DNA of 64,000 nt, from assembly GCF_000143415.4 (NCBI RefSeq), contig NW_003314314.1:997771-1061770 (forward strand), given 5' to 3'. Source of the stretch: Selaginella moellendorffii. Taxonomy: Eukaryota; Plantae; Lycopodiophyta. The translations under genes were made by a program, and so were the position numbers. The notes under the pieces were generated by a model. The model was given only the letters and a program-made list of their open reading frames with translations, had not been told where the DNA came from and did no database searches. Below are positions 1-11,892 of this stretch, one piece after another. Numbering within the stretch: position 1 is the stretch's first letter; each line of letters starts with the position of its first letter.

Positions 1-139
1 AGTTTAGCTATGCTAGAAGCTTAATCATGCTGAATCTCCTGTGCTTATCAACACTCTATAAACTTCATTGTAGTATATTGACTCTAAACTATATACAAAG
101 TGGAGGATAGCTCACTGTATAGTGTATCCACCAAACAAT

Positions 140-520
140 CAGCTCACAGTCCCAGCAAAGGTCCTCCTATAGGAATTCCAACTTCCATGTGAGTGCATAC
201 CTTCCCAATAGCTCACTTGACTTCATAATGGCTTGGAGTGCCGGGCTCCCCTTCAGCAGCACGAGGCTGTGCGCATGTCCGCCCCGTCTTCTTTTCAAGG
301 TTCCATGCGGCCAGAGATTCGGCATACACGTTGCGGAATTTGCTCGATTTCCAGAATGTTTCGAGCAAAAGGCTCAAAAACTTATTGTCACGGGTAATAC
401 AGGGATGAAGGTTGGAAATTCCTTAAGGGCTTTGCTGCATTGCTGCTGGATCAAATGAGCCATGAACATGCCTTGAAGAAGGTCCAGGATCTTAATGCCG
501 AGTTCCTAGATGATCTTCCC
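140..520 (+). pseudogene. MSH2: MSH2 C-terminal fragment 1 (degenerate)
   Basis: Translates in pieces to PCGQRFGIHVAEFARFPEC..QKA, matching the MSH2 ATPase C-terminus motif (PCDQSFGIHVAEFAxFPE). It has stops and frameshifts and is homologous to 3310-3690. Confidence 0.85.
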
Positions 521-809
521 GTCATTGACATGATTTTAAATTTCTTTCCTATTCCTATATAATTGCTGAATGGAAGTTAATGAAGTTTCTAGCGCTATAA
601 AGCTTGACCTATTAAACGTATTACTTGAAATCATGTACTTAAAACTGCCATGTGTATTATTCACATTCCCATACTACCACGTTGTCAAAATTTTAAATTG
701 CTTCTTGGCTATTGTGCATCGAGAATTGTGCAGATGAAAAAACTCTATGGTTTTTCTGTGGAAGTACAGCAATGTGGGGTGGCGGCTTTGCAGCAGCGCA
801 GCACAACGG

Positions 810-1175
810 TGTTAGGGCAATCTGTGAGTACATAGTGGATGTCACTAGAGCACCAACTCTATTTGCAACGCACTTCCATGAGCTCACCATTTCTATCATC
901 AAGGTCCATCAGCTCACGGTCCCAGCAGACGTCCTCCTGTAGGAATCTCCAACTTTCACGTGAGTGTGCACATAGATCCCAGTTCCCGAAAGCTCACAAT
1001 ACAAGGTACTCGCATATTTTCTTTCTAATGATCTGGTCCGTGAGTTTGTTTCCATGGCCCTTGCGACCAGAGCTTCTGCATACACGTTGCGGAATTCGCT
1101 TGATTTCCAGAATGTGTCGCCAAGTAAAAGGCTGCGGAGCTCGAAGACTTCTCGCCACAAGCGATTCTAGAAGAT
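810..1175 (+). pseudogene. MSH2: MSH2 C-terminal fragment 2 (degenerate)
   Basis: AICEYIVDVTRAPTLFATHFHELT (MutS ATPase H-loop), followed by NFHVSVHIDPSSRKLT and PCDQSFCIHVAEFA, with frameshifts. Confidence 0.9.
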
Positions 1176-1359
1176 GATTTTCAAGGCTTTGAATTTCTTT
1201 GTTATTTAAAAAATTGTCGCAGCTTGGATTTCTTAAGAGTTTAGAAGAAATTTCAAAGTTGCCAAGCTTGGAAGTCAAAGGTCGGACATCTTCCATTTAA
1301 CATTGGAATGGAAGTACTCTCCAGCGCTCGGCTCTACAATTTAGGGGCAGAAAGTAGGA

Positions 1360-2894
1360 ATGTTTTGGGCGGTGCATATAGTGGTCTTCCTCCTCACTGC
1401 TTTCATCCTCAAGCAATGGCTCTCCAGAATATCTCTCAATCTTCCGCCAGGCCCCAGAGGATTACCTCTCATCGGCCACTTCCATCTCCTGGCCATGGGC
1501 AAGCTCCCACACATCGCACTCCAGCAGCTCTCCAAGAGATTTGGACCCCTCTTTCACTTGCGCCTGGGATCTGTCCCTGTGTTCGTGGTCTCCAGTCCAG
1601 AAATGGCCAAGGAGTTTCTCAAGAACCACGACACGGAATTCGCCTATAGGCCTCGGAACAACGTGGTCTCCATAGTCATGGATAGCAGGAGCATGTCTTT
1701 CTCGCCATATGGAGACTACTGGAAGAAGCTGAGGAAGCTCTGCGCCACGGAGATATTCACGGCCAAAAGGATGAGTATGAACACGCAGATCATCCGGGAC
1801 GAGCTGTGGGAGCTCAGTGGTGAGCTATTGAGAGCTTCTAAGGCTGGCCAAGTTGTCGGAGTGAGACCACACTTGAGGGCGCTCAGCTTCAACGTCATGA
1901 CTCGCATTCTGATGAAGAAGACGTACTTTGGATCCAAGGCCTCGGGCGATCCCGCTATTGCGAAGGAGGCCTCGAATTTCATAGCGATGATTGATGAGAT
2001 CCTCGAGGTGGGAGCGGCTTTCTCGATCACTGACTATTTCCCCTACTTGAGCTGGCTCGACTTGGTTTCCCGCCGTGCAAAGACGGCCGGGGATAAGATG
2101 AATGGCTTCTTGCAGAAGGTTTTGGACGAGCAGCGCCCCGGTGAGGTTCCCGATTTCGTGGAGGTCACAAGGTCTCACATTGGAAACGATGTGGTCAGTC
2201 TCAGAGCTCTCCTCATGGTAAGTTGCAAATCTGTGGAACTTACTTGATTGTTCTGTGATCTTGATAGGATCTACTTCTTGGTGGATCTGAAACATCATCC
2301 ACTGTGACAGAGTGGGCTCTGGCGGAACTTCTTCACCACCCGGATTGGATGGTCAAAGCTCAGCAAGAGATTGAGAGTGTTGTTGGACGCACACGCATGG
2401 TCGAAGAAGCAGACATATCCAAGCTCGAGGTTTTGAATGCCATCATCAAGGAAAGCTTTCGTCTCCATCCTCCCGTTTCTTTGCTCATACCACACGCATC
2501 GGTCGAGGCTCAGAATGTTGCAGGCTATGACATCCCCAAGAATGCAATGCTTATTGTGAATGTCTACGCGATTGGCAGAGACCCTCGAGTTTGGAGTGAT
2601 CCTCTGGAGTTCCAGCCCCAGCGATTCATTGGCAGCAGCATCGGTGTCAATGGCCAAGACTTTGAGCTGCTTCCATTTGGATCTGGAAAGAGATCTTGCC
2701 CCGGGCTTCATCTGGGTCTTAGAAACGTCCAGCTCGTTCTTTCTAATCTTCTCCATGGATTTGAGTGGAAATTTCCTGGAAGCCCAAACGATCAGACTAT
2801 GGATGAAGCTATGGGAAACATAAACTTCATGGCACACACTCTCAAAGCCAAAATCACTCCTAGGCTCAACGAAAGTCTTTACAGGTTGACTTAG
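1360..2894 (+). CDS. Cytochrome P450, CYP71 clan (A-type), copy 1, ~494 aa; exons 1360-2217 and 2268-2894
   Basis: N-terminal TM anchor, PPGP hinge, WxxxR, I-helix GGSETS, ExxR (ESFR), PQRF and heme motif FGSGKRSCPG. A single 50-bp GT-AG phase-0 intron lies at the conserved A-type position. Confidence 0.95.
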
Positions 2895-3309
2895 GATCAT
2901 TTGATAATATATTATATAACTCAAGATCATAGATTAATTTGTGCAGTAAATTAGTCTCATACAATCTTCAAACCAAAATTTAATCATGTTAGATAACCTT
3001 TAATGTTTGTCTCAACAATCTTGGGAAAATGCAACTGGACTAGCAAATCCAGAAAAAGTCGAAAGCCTGGAAACTTTTAAAATTAGCAAGAGCCCTTCAC
3101 ATTTTCCAGACCATAAATAGTGTCTGAAAATCCAGCTTACCTCTTCACCTAATGTCTCAAATTTAGCTATGGCTAGAAGCTTAATGAACTTCGTGCAGTA
3201 TAATGACTCTAAACTACTTACAAAGTGGAGGACTGCATATCACAGCATATTAGTTGGATTAGAGACAGGACATGAAATTGGCTCATTGTATAGTGTATCC
3301 ACCAAACAA

Positions 3310-3690
3310 TCAGCTCACGGACCTAGCAAAGGTCCTCCTGTAGGAATTCCAACTTCTATGTGAGCCCACACGTTCCTGATAGCTCACTTGTAACCTCTAC
3401 TTCATAATGGCTTGGAGTGCCGGGCTCCCCTCCAGCAGTGCAAGGCAGTGCACTGGTCTGCCCCGGCTTCTTTTCCAGGTTCCTTGCGGCCAGAGATTCA
3501 GCGTACATGCTGTGGAATTTGCTAGATTTCCTCATCGAGCAAAAAGCTCAAAAACTTATTGTCACAGCTGATTCTGGAGGATGGGGACAGAGGTTGGAAA
3601 TTCCTTAAAGGCTTCGCTGCATTGCTGCTGGATCAGATGAGCCATGACCATGCCTTGTAGAAGGTCCAGGAGCTCAAAGCTGAGTTCCTC
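3310..3690 (+). pseudogene. MSH2: MSH2 C-terminal fragment 3 (degenerate; duplicate of fragment 1)
   Basis: Nucleotide homology of ~3160-3690 to ~1-520; decayed PCGQRFSVH..EFARF..EQKA. Confidence 0.8.
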
Positions 3691-5335
3691 CATCAACATT
3701 TTAGAACTAGAAATTACCCAACAGGAGTTCGAAGTTTAAAAAACCACTTTCTAGTGATGAAAAAACCACTATATATACCATCTAACATTTTCTTTTGAAC
3801 ATTAGCTAGTCTGATGTCCATCATTGTTTTGTCATGTAAACAATACTCTATCTCTATCCCATTATTCATTCTTGAGTAGTCTCAGCTCAGCTGAGTAGGT
3901 GATCCAAAGAAAAATCAGTAGGAAAACGATTTGCAAACATTAAAGATCATACCTTGAAGTTGAAGTCATACTACTTGTTTTTCTGCTGTGAAACTAACAA
4001 TACTCAATCTCAGTTATGAAGCAGTGCTAAAGTCACTATCATTTTTATTGCTAGCTTTGTTCCAGCAATCTACAATTCTAGTTCGATGAGTCTATTGGAT
4101 AAAGGTGTAGCCCAGAAGTTACTATACATGAGAACAACGAAGGTATAGCTTCTCTTTGTTATTTTATTCCCAAAGAGCAAACTAATGAAATCACTCTAAA
4201 CAAATCATTCCAGTCCAGATAGCGATGGCGGAGATGCCCGATGAGGTTGCAATCATCTCCTTCAGGTGATTATCATGTCCAAGAGTTAAGTCTGCAGACA
4301 TTTGGGTGGACAGATCAACCTAAATTATATGGCATGAACTCACTCGACAGCAATGCATTGTTCTTGGAAGCAGTGGAAGAAGGCCAAGAAGACGTCCCGG
4401 AGCCTAGTTGGTTGCACGCCTTGATTGCAGCACTCAGAGCCTCTTGTGGCCGCAAATGGTCAAGCCTCCAGCAACAGCATTGAGGCAGAGGTAAGAGATG
4501 ACTGCTAACATACTAATGCTATGCACGGTGTTTATTTATTTATATTTTGTTTTGGTAGTCTTGTGGTGCCCAATAAGAAGCATGAGAGTGTGCAAATAAG
4601 TTTCTACGTTTGTGTTGGAATGCCACTTAGCACCTTTGCATGTGAGAAAAGAAAAATCTTAAGGTTGAACTGATTTCCCACCATAGTTTTTGGATGATCC
4701 TGAGTTGAGTAGGTAGGTAGGCAAGTACAATGTCCCCCCCCTCCCCCCCAGTGGTCTCATGCCTTTACTTGGGCGCTGTAAGACCCTCCAAAAACATGTA
4801 TTATTATTATTATAACTGCCACATTAATGTAGTGTTCAATGAATACTGGTGGTGTTCAATGAATACCACCAGCCCTGCAACTTATTGCTGCTCACAATCG
4901 TCTGTTTGGGAAGAGTTATCTCCAGAAGTTCTGTACATTCTTGAGATGCATCGGAATTTTCCATGCTGGGAGAATCATTGCCCTCTACTATGCTAGTCGC
5001 CTGTTAGCATTGTTGCCCTGTTCCATCCCAATTACCAACTCCCAAGATCAATCTATAGTGTTGGATGGACAATCTAGGATATTTTTTCAGGCCTATAGCT
5101 TTCGCTGGCGCGTTTTTTTATAGACGGGCTTCTCTTTTCCAGCAGTTAGCTTCTCCCTGGCGCAAATCACACCCATCAAAATCTGATAGGACTTCTCTGG
5201 TCTTTGCAAGCCTTTGAAGCTCAGGGATAGATGAACAATCTTCTCGTTGGGACTGCTTCGCTGAAAGAGTTGTGTACAAACGAATACACACGTTGCTTCA
5301 CCCCACTCCAGATTGATGGTGAAGCCCAAAAGCCC

Positions 5336-5400
5336 CACACTCTCAAAGGCAAGATCACTCCTAGGCTCAACGAAAGTGCCTAAACAACTCTGAACTGCAT
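5336..5400 (+). pseudogene. 3' remnant of another P450 copy (HTLKGKITPRLNESA*)
   Basis: Near-identical to the last ~20 codons of the two intact P450s. Confidence 0.8.
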
Positions 5401-5489
5401 TATTTCCTGATCACTATTTAAACAATATAATATGTCGCATTACACCTCGACTTATGAAAGATTTTCCAGTGCTCTGTAAACAATGGCAG

Positions 5490-5945
5490 TCTCAGTACAT
5501 AGTGGATATGACTCGAGCTCCAACTCTATTTGAGACACACTTCCACGAGCTCACTCAGATCCAACTTTCACATGAGCACACACATAGATCCGAATTCCCG
5601 GAAGCTCACCATGGTTTACAAGGTACTCGTAACTTCTACTTCGCAATGGGTTTTGAGATCTGATCTGTCAGTTCTTTTCCAGGTTGAACATGGCCCTTGC
5701 GACCAGAGCTTCAGCATACACATGGCGGAATTCACTCGATTTCCAGAATGCGACGTCCCGCTCATCGAGCAAAAGGTTGCCGAGCTCGAAGACTTACGAT
5801 TCTGGAGGATGAAAGAGGCAGCAGCAGCGGGGACAAAGGCTGGAAATTCCTCAAAAGGCTTCGCTGAGTTGCTGCTGGATCAGATGAGCCACGAGCGCCT
5901 TGAAGAAGGTCCAGGAGCTCAAAGCCGAGTTCCTGGAAGATATCC
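5490..5945 (+). pseudogene. MSH2: MSH2 C-terminal fragment 4, retaining an intron
   Basis: YIVDMTRAPTLFETHFHELT, NFHMSTHIDPNSRKLTMVYK|intron|VEHGPCDQSFSIHMAEFTRFPEC..EQKVAELED. Confidence 0.9.
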
Positions 5946-6093
5946 CTTCAGCATTTTAGAAGCACTAGCGTAAAGATATAGTATAGTTTCGAAAGTTGGA
6001 CATTGTGCCCATGGAATGGAAGTTACCAGCTTCCATGCCATGTTTAAACAAAATTCAATTCTTGAATGGCCTATGTAGGGGCAGAAAGTAGCA

Positions 6094-6796
6094 ATGTTTT
6101 GGGCGGTGCATGTAGCGCTCTTCCTCACAGCTTTCATCCTCAAGCAATGGCTCTCCAGCATATTTCTCAATCTTCCGCCAGGCCCCGGAGGATTACCACT
6201 CATCGGCCACTTCCATCTCCTGGCCATGGGCAAGCTCCCACACATCGCACTCCAGCAGCTCTCCAAGAGATTTGGACCCCTCTTTCACTTGCACCTGGGA
6301 TCTGTCCCTGTGTTCGTGGTCTCCAGTCCAGGGATGGCCAAGGAGTTTCTCAAGACCCACGGCCTCGTAACAACATAGCCTTGACTTCAGGAGCATGTCT
6401 TTCTCGCCGTATGGAGACTACTTGAAGAAGCTGAGGAAGCTCTGCGCCACGGAGCTATTCACGGCCAAGGGTGAGTTTGAACGCGCAGATCATCCGGGAC
6501 GAGCTGTGGGATTTCAGTCGCGAGCTCTCGAGGGCTTCCAAGGCTGGCCAAGTTGTGTTCAATGTCATGACTCGTATCCTTATGAAGAAGACTTACTTTG
6601 GATCCAAGGCCTCTGGTGATCCCGCAATTGCGGAGGACGCCTCGAATTTCATTGGGATGATTGATGAATTTCTTGAGGTGGGAGCTGACACTGACTATTT
6701 CCCTTACTTAAGCTCGCTCGACTGGGTTGCCCGCGGGGCACAGGTGGCTGGGGACAAGATGAATGGCTTCTTGCAAAAGGTTTTGAACGAGCAGCG
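6094..6796 (+). pseudogene. P450 pseudogene (exon 1 only, multiple deletions and frameshifts), cut by a copia LTR
   Basis: Homologous to P450 exon 1 but split over three ORFs. It stops abruptly at EQR, where LTR sequence begins. Confidence 0.92.
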
Positions 6797-8816
6797 TCTA
6801 GTTAAACGGCATACTTTGTTTCCCCTAACTCACTTTGTCATTTTCTCCATGTAAATATATACAAGTCTTGTTTCCGCTCATTTCAGCGTCCACATGAATC
6901 TCTTGCCACCTTGGATTAGACTCTAGGCTGGCTATCTACACTCCCACTCAGCCGTGAGAGTCTATAACGCTCATATCTTCACGATGTTGTTGAAACTTGT
7001 CTTTGCTCAAAGCTTTTGTCATAATGTCTGCTGTCATCTGCTTCGTCGAAACATATCTCAGCTGCACTCTGTTCGCTAGAACCTGTTCTCGAATAAAATG
7101 TACCTTTATCTCGAAGTGTTTGGTGCGGCCGTGGAACTTCGGATTCTCCAACAACTCGATCACACTTCAATTGTCACAAAACAAAGTCACTGGCTGCTGC
7201 ACTGGAACACCAATCTGCTCCAGAAAATCTGTAAGCCACCTCGCTTCTTGAGCTGCTGTTGTTGCACCAATATATTCAGCCTCGGTGGATGAAAGTGCTG
7301 TGATTGCTTGTCGCTTGCTGCTCCAGCTGCTCCAACTGCAAATCCCAAGTCTGGTCTGGTACTGATGGCTAGATAAATAAAGCATCCAACTGTGCCATCA
7401 CTGCTTTCTCCTCCTCAGAGTTGGGACAGCAGAAGACCTAGATCCATGGGTGTCACCATGGGCTTGCAATCTTGCATGTTGAACTTGTGCAAGATTTCTT
7501 CAACATAATGTGCTTGAGAGAGCTTGATGACTAATACTTCTCTGTCACGAAGCACCTGGATCCCAAGGCAATAAGAAAGACGTCCAGTCGCTGAAATCTC
7601 GAACTGGGATAAAAACTGTCGCTGGCAGACGTGCTGCCATAATATTATATCTGCAAGAGGTTGGGTAGGCACTCGATTGCGAATATATGTGGCTGTATTA
7701 ATCGCCTCGGCCCAGAACGATAGTGGCATTCCTGCATGAATAAGCATACTACGTGCACTCTCACAAGAGTCCAGTTCATTCTTTCAGCAACTCCATTTTG
7801 AGCAGGACTATCTGGAGCTGTAAACTGCTGCTGGATACCACTCTCATTGCACAGCTTCGTAAAATTTCGTGACTTATACTCGCCACCTCTGTCACTGCGT
7901 AGAGTCTTGAGCTGCTTGCCAAGGAGATTTTCAGCAGAAGCCTTGTAAACTTTAAAGTGATCAAGAGCTTCAGATTTCTTGGCCAAAAGTCTCACGACTG
8001 TGTAGCGTGAGTAGTCATCGATGAATATCAAAAAATACCTCATTCCACAATGACTTTGGACATGGAGAGGCCCACACACGTGTGTGAACGAGCTCAAGAG
8101 GCTGACTGCTCTTGGATTCTGAAAACATGTGCGTGCTTGTTTTCCTAGCACACAAGCCTCACAAAATTCAAGCTTGCTTGTAAACTCGAATTCTTGCATG
8201 TGCTTGATCTCTGGACACTGCTTTGAGGGCGTCTTCATGCACATGGCCTAGACGCTCATGCCACAACTGGAGATTACTCGCTCGAGTTGACTCGATCTGG
8301 CTGCTTGTCTGGAACAACCATGGTGGCGTTGAGTTTATAAAGTCCAGAATAACGTTGTCCATAAGCCACTGCTTGATCTGTCTTCTCATCTCGCATAATA
8401 GCTTGCTGGGCGTTAAAAATAAAATAGAAACCGTTGTCAGAAGCTGCACCGATTGAGAAAAGATGACACGCCAAGCCTGGAACAAAATACATGTTCCTTG
8501 TCGCAGCTCTCCTGAGGCCAGCTTTACTTGAACTGTGCCCACTGCTACAACTGAAAGAAGACTCTTGTCTCCTAAACCAACCTGCCTGCCTTAGAAATTT
8601 TCCTAAGATTCAGGAAAGCTTCTCGCCTGCCAGTCATGTGCATATTTGCTGCTGTGTCCAGCCAGATTACGTCTTGATCCTGCTGCTGAACAAACACAGG
8701 TTCTGGAATAGCTCTTACCATGAGAGCTCTTGACTGGTTTGTATAGCCAGTCTTGGCGTTCTTTCTCCCCAATCCTCGAGGACGCCCTGCTAACCTGTCT
8801 TGGCATTCTCTGGCAT
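6797..8816 (-). mobile_element. Ty1/copia LTR retrotransposon remnant A (zinc-knuckle end, protease, GAG-pre-integrase, integrase, partial RT, RNase H, PPT, 3' LTR 6797-6940)
   Basis: WLDTAANMHM protease, LWHERLGH, CEACVLGKQ, LRSDRGGEY, QNGVAER, SSTEAEY, RTKHFEIKVHFIRE and ADIMTKAL in copia domain order. PPT TGAGTGGGAG precedes TGTAG. Most of RT is deleted. Confidence 0.93.
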
Positions 8817-9120
8817 TGATGAAATAGGTATGAAGGAAAAGTACTGCGCAGTATTGATACACCACTTCTTGATTTATATACACGCCCTAGTTCCTTTGAT
8901 TGTGCCTTGATCTCCAACACTCCCCCTCAATCTGATGTCTTTTAATCAGATCGCTGCTCCCCCTGTGAGACCAGTCTGAGTTGTCGTTGTAGTCATTCAA
9001 ACTGTCGAACTTCAATTGTAGTCTTTGTGAGCAGATCCAGTCATCTTCGTTGTAGGGATGTATCTCAGCTTGACTTCTTCTCTCTTGATCCACTCCCTGA
9101 TAAAGTAATGATGCATCTCC
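8817..9120 (-). mobile_element. Ty1/copia remnant B: RNase H tail, PPT and 103-bp 3' LTR (8817-8919) nested in element A
   Basis: Minus strand reads HYFIREWIKREEVKLRYIPTTKMT, then PPT GAGGGGGAG, then an LTR with TGTTG...CATCA termini abutting the ARECQ zinc-knuckle codons of element A. Confidence 0.8.
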
Positions 9121-9121
9121 C

Positions 9122-11892
9122 TAGTTAATATAACCCAGACCCAAATAATGAGTTAAAATTTTTTTTTTTAAGAGCACTAGAAGCATAAGATCAGAAGAGC
9201 CTTTTCCTTTGCCTCAATCCAAAATGTTTTTTTGTGGAAATGATGCTATAAAAGTGTTTTCGTTTTTTATAGAAAACAAATTTAACACTTATTTTATATA
9301 TAAATCATTTGTATCCGCAAGCAAACTTATAGACTTCTAAGTAGCAGTGATTTATCCATGGCTCAGATCTATTATCCTATTTTTTGAGCAGCCCAAACTT
9401 AAAAACCAGCCTCAACCTGACGAATTCTTGCCCATGAAAGAAGCACGCTAGCTGGACAGCAGGTTTTGGGCAAAAGAATGGACGTTCCATTGGATGACAG
9501 TGGAAACCAGCCTCTTTCCTTTTCTGTTTCAGAACTGTGCCGTGGGAACTTTGCATACACTGGATAAAATTTGAGGCAATCGAGAGGCAGTTTAGCTACC
9601 ACCATTACTCGAATGTGCTCTGCAATCAGACATGCAGTGATATCTGCATGTAAGAGAGGAAAAAGTACAGTCGCTGCCTGTGCTCCCATCCTATGGACGC
9701 TTAGCTTGTTGGACATTGCAAAATAGCTTGACGTCCCCAGCCAAGAGAGCCAGCAGCATCTCTCGGTACAAAAAACAGCACTTTGATCCTGCCAGGGAGC
9801 AGAGAACGCTGCTAGAAGGCAGTTATACATGAGCTTCGGAAAAAACTTTCGTGTTCTCCCTAGATCACGTACATGCTCATAGCAGCCTTTCAGTCTCTAC
9901 ATGTATATAATTCGTGCTTCCTTTCACATTTTCTGCAAAAACTACAAGAAGTCGCGGCAGTCCGAGACAAAGCCCGTCGCGGCAGTGTATGGAGATGCCA
10001 GATAAATCTGCGCTTCTTTGTGGCCCATGCGTCCAGGAAAGTTGCGATTCGTGGTTGAAACACACACCTGGAGTTTCTCTAAGCTAAGAGGACAAAGGGA
10101 GAACTTAAAGAACATTACCTTGGACTCATTGAGCATACGTGTCTTTGGGACCCCCCAAGCATGCGGCACACGAGGGAGAAGTGGGAGTGTCGCATCCAGC
10201 CTCCTCGAAGATCTGTGCGCACGTTTTCCCGTCTGCCTCGGGGAGTGGCATTGCGTACAAGTCCACCCACACCTGTTGATCCATTAGTTTTGGATGAACT
10301 AATAGAAAACGAAAAAAGAATGAATGAACCTTTTGTGTTGCCGGCACGAGGAAGGTTGGAACCTTGACTTTTTGGCCCTGCGGAAGTTAAACAAAGAAGG
10401 GAAATGTAAGCCGCAGGGCGAAGGTAGAAAAAAAAGCTCTTTTACTCACGGCTTTGTTGAGGAGCTTGGCTGCAACTACAACGTCCTCCGTCTTGCCTCC
10501 CGTGCAGGAGCCAATGTACACTCGGTCGATCTTCACATCTTTGCAGTTCCTGGCTAATGCTCGTTTATCCGGAGAATGCGGCTGCACACAAAAAGAGACT
10601 GACTGCACGTGGTCAAAACAACTACAGTACCTTCGCAACAACTGGTTCAAGCTTGGATACATCAGTTCTATACTCCTGTATAAACTTGCAAAAGTATCAA
10701 CATGACGCAAGGCATAGCATTCAATGCTTACGTCGCGCCAGCGTCACTATACACGGATTCGAACTCCTGTGTTTTGCCCCTCGAACAAATAAACTAAAAC
10801 TTACCTTCAACTATAGGTGACTTCATCCGCAGGCACAACGTCATTTTAATCGCCATATTGCACAACGTCATTCTGTCTTTCATCTGCGTGAGTTCCGATC
10901 TCGAAATCAGGTGGACAATCTCGACGAGGTAAGGGGAAAAAAATACTGACCGTCATACGTTCTACAGCTGTTTTAACAAACTCCATTGATTTGTATGTTG
11001 CACCGGAAACAGTGATCTCTCCAATGATTTGTGTGCCTCAACGTGCATATAAGTACTTCAAGTACAGGGAGCCAGCTCTCGCTAAAAATCCAAACACACC
11101 TGCAGTATCAAATCCTTGGCCAGCAAATATGACGGCATTTCTCCATCAAGAACAAATCTCAATGTTCCGGGCACCTAAGCTTGTAAGAAGAAACAAAGAT
11201 GCCAAAAGCGCCTACTTGCCTTTAGTAAAAAAATTCCAGTTCCCATGATGAAACCAGCATCGGTGTTTCCTATTCCAGTAGCGAATTGTCCAGACGCTCC
11301 AGCAGTGCAAGTATGCGAGTCAGTTCCAAAAAGAACCTAGAGACAACAACTGAACCGTCTCTCACGCAATACAAGACATCAAAGATCAGACTCACCTCGC
11401 CCGGACTGCAGTGACCTTCCTGAGCAAGAGCAACGTGGCAAACACCCTTGTAGTCGGGATTTGCCTGCATCAAATCCGGGTTAGAGCGACCGAATCACGT
11501 ACAAACACCGCAAACGTACCCGAAAGTCACCCCTGTCAGTGATATCGTAAAAATACTTGATACTTTGCTCTTTTGAAAAGTCCCCCAAAATATCCACATT
11601 TCGATTAGCGCGCTCGTCCGCAGTAAAGATGTAGTGATCGGGGATGATCACAATCTTCTCGCGATCCCAAACCTGAGGGCACATTTCACCGTTAGCACCG
11701 AATTCCTTTTTGAAAATCCCAATTGGCCCAGGCCCGCAAACATTGTGTGTCATGAGAACATCGGCATTGACCCACACATTCTCCCCAGGCACCAATTTTG
11801 TCTTCTCGGAAGCGCGAGCGAGAATTTTCTGTCAGTGTCATTGCGTGCTTCACCTGAGAGAAAATCCAGGACGAAATCGAGAAACTGTGGCT
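9122..11892. repeat. ~2.8-kb direct segmental duplicate of ~18826-21730
   Basis: Colinear high identity across introns, exons and the 3' flank of the isopropylmalate isomerase gene. Confidence 0.92.
9942..11855 (-). pseudogene. leuC: Isopropylmalate isomerase large subunit pseudogene (no exon 1)
   Basis: Copy of 19656-21879 lacking the transit-peptide exon. It carries deletions near 9975, 10780, 10845 and 11685 and a frameshift near 11830. Confidence 0.88.

Noticed and set aside
9942-11855. Second functional or neofunctionalised IPMI enzyme
   Set aside because: No start or transit exon, frameshifting deletions and damaged splice regions.
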